From: Acidobacteriota bacterium
GTDB taxonomy: Bacteria > Acidobacteriota > CAIWXX01
Assembly: GCA_016191015.1 (NCBI GenBank)
Contig: JACPPM010000301.1
Coordinates: forward strand, 5,472-69,471
Direction: 5' to 3'
Length of the DNA: 64,000 nucleotides
Made by a program: the position numbers and the translations under genes. Below the pieces are notes generated by a model. The model did no database searches. It was not told where the DNA came from and was given only the letters and a program-made list of their open reading frames with translations. Below, piece by piece: positions 59,941 to 64,000 of the stretch (its first letter is position 1; each line of letters begins with the position of its first letter).

Positions 59941-60963
59941 ATGAAAGCCGCCGTCTACTATTCCGGCGAGAAGAACCTGAAAATCGAGGACTGGCCGCGC
60001 CCTGAGCCACGGGCCGGTGAGGTGCTCGTCAAGATCACCGCCTGCGGTGTCTGCCACACCGATCTCCATTACCTGGAGCACGGGGTGCCGACGTTTAAGA
60101 AGCCCCCACTTGTCCTCGGTCACGAAGGAGCGGGTGTGGTGACCGAGGTCGGGCAGGGCGTCGAGGGGATCAAGGTCGGGCAGCGTGTGCTGATTCCAGC
60201 CGTGATTTCGTGCGGGCGGTGCGAATACTGCCGGCGCGGCCGGGAGAACATCTGCGTTTCGATGGAGATGTTCGGCAATAATCGAGACGGCTGCTATGCG
60301 GAATACGTGACCGCGCCGGCGAAGGACGTTTTTGCAATGCCGGACGGCATCCCGCTGGAAGAGGGCTGCGTCATCGCTGACGCGCTGTCGACGCCTTACC
60401 ATGCTGTGAGGAATCGCGGGCAGGTACAGGCCGGTGAAGTCGTGGTCGTGCTCGGGTGCGGCGGGGTCGGGATCAATGTGGTCCAGGTGGCCGCCGCCTC
60501 GGGCGCAATCGTCTTCGCCGTCGATGTGTCAGACCGAAAGCTCCAGTGGGCCAAGGATTTCGGCGCTGCCCATGTCTACAACACCTCGGGCCGCGAGGCG
60601 CTGAAGGAGCTCCGCAAGCTCACCGGCGGCGGCGGGCCCGACATCGTGTTCGAAGCGATCGGGAAGACTGCCACGATCCAGCTCGCCTACGATCTCGTCC
60701 GCCCCGGAGGACGTGTCTGCGTGATCGGCTATACGGCCGAGACGATGCCGTTCAGCCCAGCCAAGCTGATGTACCGCGAGGTCTCCATCTTCGGATCGCT
60801 CGGATGTCGTGGCGTCGATTACCCGCCGCTGATCCGGCTGGTGGAACGCGGGAAGCTGGACTGCAAGCGGCTCGTCACGCACCGGTTCCCGCTCGATCGG
60901 ATCGCCGAAGCGTTTGAGCTGATGAAGGCGGGAGAGTCTTTGAGGAGTGTCGTGCTTCCATGA
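59941..60963 (+). CDS. Zinc-dependent alcohol dehydrogenase (MDR family)
   Basis: CGVCHTDLH and GHEGAG motifs; GGAGG SD 5 nt upstream of ATG 59941. Confidence 0.85.
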   Translation: MKAAVYYSGEKNLKIEDWPRPEPRAGEVLVKITACGVCHTDLHYLEHGVPTFKKPPLVLGHEGAGVVTEVGQGVEGIKVGQRVLIPAVISCGRCEYCRRGRENICVSMEMFGNNRDGCYAEYVTAPAKDVFAMPDGIPLEEGCVIADALSTPYHAVRNRGQVQAGEVVVVLGCGGVGINVVQVAAASGAIVFAVDVSDRKLQWAKDFGAAHVYNTSGREALKELRKLTGGGGPDIVFEAIGKTATIQLAYDLVRPGGRVCVIGYTAETMPFSPAKLMYREVSIFGSLGCRGVDYPPLIRLVERGKLDCKRLVTHRFPLDRIAEAFELMKAGESLRSVVLP

Positions 60964-60994
60964 GAGAGGCAGCTGGCCCGAGAAGGAGGTTTTT

Positions 60995-61957
60995 ATGACA
61001 TATTTCGAACCCAAATCCCCCGGAGAATTCGGATTCAAGGACATCATCTATGAGAAGAAGGACGGTGTGGCGCGCGTCACGATCAACCGTCCCAAGTTTT
61101 ACAACGCCTATTCCTCGCTGGCGCTCGAGGAGATGACGAAGGCCTTCACGGACGCGTCATGGGACGACTCGATTGCGGTCGTTGTGTTGACGGGCGCAGG
61201 GGACAAGGCCTTCTGCACCGGTGGCGACGTGAAGGAGTACGCGACCAGCTACACGCGCCGGCCGCACGACTACTGGAAATGGATGGGACTGTTCAATGGG
61301 GCACACGATGTGCTGCGCAACATCGGCAAGCCGACGATTGCCCGGTTGAATGGAATGGTGGTTGGAGGCGGCAACGAATTCAACATGGCCTGCGATCTGG
61401 CAGTGGCGGCCGAGCACGTCGTGATTCGGCAGGTGGGTCCGCGGGTGGGCTCGGTCCCGGCCGGGGGTGCCACCCAGTGGCTCCCGATCATGGTCGGCGA
61501 TCGGCGCGCGCGTTGGATGCTCTACATGTGCGAAGAGCTCGATGCAACGACCGCGCTCGACTGGGGTCTCGTCAACTTCGTCGTTCCTCTGGACAAGCTG
61601 GATGAGAAGGTCAACGAGATCTGCGAAAAGCTGAAGGACAAGTTTCCCGAGTGCCTTCGCTATACCAAGCAGCAGACGAACTTCTGGAAGGATCTTTCCT
61701 GGCACACAACGATTGGTCACGCACGCGATTGGCTGTCGCTGCACTATCTCTCGGCCGAGGTGCACGAGGGGATGAACTCATTCGTCGAGAAGCGCCAACC
61801 GGACTATCGCGGGATGCGGCAGAAGGCCGCTGAAGGGAAGAGTAGCGAGTACGTCTGGGGGCCATACGCGAAGGTTTGCGGGAAATGCGGGGCGAAATAC
61901 ATTCCGGAGGACTTCAAGTTCTGCGGAGCGTGTGGGGAGGCGTTGGGGAGCAGTTAG
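60995..61957 (+). CDS. MenB/BadI-family crotonase (1,4-dihydroxy-2-naphthoyl-CoA-synthase-like) with a C-terminal CxxC...CxxC zinc ribbon
   Basis: DIIYEKKDGVARVTINRP, LTGAGDKAFCTGGD and EGMNSFVEKRQPDY track MenB closely. Extra tail CGKCGAKYIPEDFKFCGACG. Confidence 0.75.
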   Translation: MTYFEPKSPGEFGFKDIIYEKKDGVARVTINRPKFYNAYSSLALEEMTKAFTDASWDDSIAVVVLTGAGDKAFCTGGDVKEYATSYTRRPHDYWKWMGLFNGAHDVLRNIGKPTIARLNGMVVGGGNEFNMACDLAVAAEHVVIRQVGPRVGSVPAGGATQWLPIMVGDRRARWMLYMCEELDATTALDWGLVNFVVPLDKLDEKVNEICEKLKDKFPECLRYTKQQTNFWKDLSWHTTIGHARDWLSLHYLSAEVHEGMNSFVEKRQPDYRGMRQKAAEGKSSEYVWGPYAKVCGKCGAKYIPEDFKFCGACGEALGSS

Positions 61958-62115
61958 CAATTAGCCCTTTGCCGTTAGCTATTAGCTTCGAGCGGTCGTC
62001 CCCGTCTGAATGCCGGTCGCCGGCCGCTGGGAGCGTCGGCGCCGGGATGGTGCTCATCACACCCATGACCCGGGGACAACCGCACGGAGCTAATGGCTGA
62101 ACGCGAACGGCTACT
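61951..62115. repeat. Extragenic palindrome, TTAGCC type (copy J), between convergent genes
   Basis: cagttagcaattagccctttgccgttagctattagcttc ... ggagctaatggctgaacgcgaacggctac. The left arm contains the crotonase TAG stop and the right arm contains the acs stop. Confidence 0.8.
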
Positions 62116-64000
62116 CCTCCAACGTCGTCAGATCCTTCGGATCCTGACCGAGCGCCCGGGCGCGCAGGACCCGACGCATGATTTTTCCGCTGCGCGTCTT
62201 GGGGAGAGAGTCTACGATCTCGATGTGTTCGGGTTTGGCAATCGGGCCCATCTCATGGGCGACGTGATTGCGCAGCTCTTCAATCAGTCCGTCGTGGCGC
62301 TCGGCACCGGCCTTGAGGATGACGTAAGTATGGATCGCGTTTCCTTTAACCTCATGCGGCAGCCCGATAGCCGCGGCTTCGGCGACTGCGTGATGGCTGA
62401 CGAGGGCGCTTTCGATCTCCGCTGTGCCCAGTCTGTAGCCTGAGACCTTGATGACATCGTCGACCCGTCCGATCACCCAATAGTAGCCGTCTTCGTCGCG
62501 CCGAGCGGAGTCGCCCGTCAGATACACGCCAGGGAATCTAGTCCAGTACTGCTGCACATAGCGGCTGGGATCCTTGTAGATAGTCCGGAGCATGGCGGGC
62601 CACGGCGTCTTGACGACAAGGAGGCCTTCCTCGTTGGGAGCGACCGGCTCACCGTCTTCATTGTAGATATCCATCTGGAGCCCCGGGAACGGACGGGTGC
62701 CCGATCCAGGTTTCAACGGAACGCAGGGCATAGGCGTGATCATGAACATGCCGGTCTCCGTCTGCCACCAGGTATCCATGATCGGGCATTTCCCCTTGCC
62801 GATGACCCGGTGGTACCACTTCCACGCCTCCGGGTTGATCGGCTCGCCGACCGTCCCGAGCAGTCTCAACGACGAGAGGTCGTGGCGGTTCGGCCATGTC
62901 TCACCGAAGCGCATCAGTCCGCGGATCGCGGTCGGGGCTGTGTAGAGGATGTTGATGCCGTATTTCTCGATCATCTGCCACCAGCGATTCGGAAACGGGT
63001 GAGTGGGGGCGCCCTCGTACATGAACGACGTGGCGCCGGCCAGCAGGGGCCCGTAGACGATATAGCTGTGGCCCGTCACCCAGCCGGGGTCGGCAGCGCA
63101 CCAAAACCGGTCTTCATCGTGGAGGTCAAAGACGTACTTCAGGGTGGTGTAGACTCCGACCATGTAGCCGCCATGGGTATGCAGCACGGCCTTGGGCTTG
63201 CCGGTGGTGCCGGAGGTATAGAGGAGATAGAGGGGATCTTCCGCATCCATGACCTCGCATTGGCACGCATTCCCCGCGATCGGGAGGGCCATCAGGTCGT
63301 GGTACCACATGTCCCGTCCCGGTTCCATGTTCACATCGGCGCCAGTCCGCTTCACCACGAGCACGCTTTCGACCGACGCCGCCCGCTGAAGCGCTTCGTC
63401 GGCGATCTGCTTGAGCGGCACGATCTTGCCGCGCTGGTAGGAGCCGTCGGCGACGATGAGCACCTTCGAATGGCTGTCCTCGAGCCGCTCATGCAGGGCC
63501 TCGACCGTGAACCCGCCGTAGACCACCGAGTGGACGGCCCCGACTCGCGCGCAGGCCAGCATACCAATGGCAAGCTCCGGAATCCGACCCATGTACAACG
63601 TGACCCTGTCGCCTTTGCGCACCCCCAGGCTCCGCAGGACGTTCGCGAACCGGCATGTCTCGCGTCGCAAGGCATAGTACGAGTACGAACGGAACTCCCC
63701 GTTCTCGCCCTCCCACAGCAGTGCCAGCTTGTTGCGACGCGCCGTCCCGGCGTGACGGTCGAGGCAGTTGTAAGCGATATTGGTCTTCCCATCGACAAAC
63801 CATTTAAAGAAGGGTTTGCTCGAATCGTCCAATACCTTCGTCCAGGGTGCGAACCAGTGGAGCTCGGACGCTTCCTTCGCCCAGAACCCCTCGAGGTCCG
63901 CGGCGGCGAACGCCGCCATCTCGTCCCAGTCCTTGACGTGCGCTCGTGCCAGCACCTCCTCCGAAGGATAGAAGATCTCACCTCTGAGCTTCTTGTCATT
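62111..64000 (-). CDS. acs: Acetyl-CoA synthetase (AMP-forming); N-terminus continues beyond the window
   Basis: [15 protein letters not shown]-binding motif. The frame stays open upstream of M at 63955 (…[12 protein letters not shown]). Confidence 0.9.
   Translation of the reverse strand, partial: NDKKLRGEIFYPSEEVLARAHVKDWDEMAAFAAADLEGFWAKEASELHWFAPWTKVLDDSSKPFFKWFVDGKTNIAYNCLDRHAGTARRNKLALLWEGENGEFRSYSYYALRRETCRFANVLRSLGVRKGDRVTLYMGRIPELAIGMLACARVGAVHSVVYGGFTVEALHERLEDSHSKVLIVADGSYQRGKIVPLKQIADEALQRAASVESVLVVKRTGADVNMEPGRDMWYHDLMALPIAGNACQCEVMDAEDPLYLLYTSGTTGKPKAVLHTHGGYMVGVYTTLKYVFDLHDEDRFWCAADPGWVTGHSYIVYGPLLAGATSFMYEGAPTHPFPNRWWQMIEKYGINILYTAPTAIRGLMRFGETWPNRHDLSSLRLLGTVGEPINPEAWKWYHRVIGKGKCPIMDTWWQTETGMFMITPMPCVPLKPGSGTRPFPGLQMDIYNEDGEPVAPNEEGLLVVKTPWPAMLRTIYKDPSRYVQQYWTRFPGVYLTGDSARRDEDGYYWVIGRVDDVIKVSGYRLGTAEIESALVSHHAVAEAAAIGLPHEVKGNAIHTYVILKAGAERHDGLIEELRNHVAHEMGPIAKPEHIEIVDSLPKTRSGKIMRRVLRARALGQDPKDLTTLEE

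Overview
High-GC (about 65%) bacterial chromosomal segment, gene content consistent with an Acidobacteria-like Gram-negative (taxon is inference only). Strand-biased and densely coding, with about 60 genes. Clearly recognisable housekeeping genes: cca, tdh, glyA, rpiB, pyk, rsmA/ksgA, dapF, rplM-rpsI, rpsB-tsf-pyrH-frr, groES-groEL, galT, and a partial acs at the right edge. Other content: an LPS-core cluster (GT9 heptosyltransferase, O-antigen-ligase-like, heptose-7-P kinase); two ECF sigma/anti-sigma pairs; a REC-STAS plus GAF-GAF-PP2C partner-switching pair; a Y_Y_Y propeller hybrid histidine kinase; several secreted hydrolases (metzincin, S8 subtilase, PKD-lipase, M20 peptidase); a near-complete futalosine menaquinone cluster (MqnP/L/M, two radical-SAM MqnC/E paralogs, MqnA, MqnD). 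That cluster is split by a roughly 3 kb rearranged island carrying a lipoprotein, a SAM-methyltransferase and two gene remnants. The most unusual signal is non-coding: at least 11 intergenic sites carry short tandem 7-8 bp repeats (TTAGCC(C), CTAGCCC, GTTCAAA, CGCAAAG, GGAGCGT). Eight form imperfect inverted-repeat elements 40-150 bp apart; the rest are single arms or arrays. They start on or within about 10 bp of the upstream stop codon. Arm cores and TCCGG junction motifs are conserved between copies, but the spacers are unique. I could not find this element family described and propose it as the main thing to follow up. No rRNA, tRNA, CRISPR, transposase or integrase was seen.
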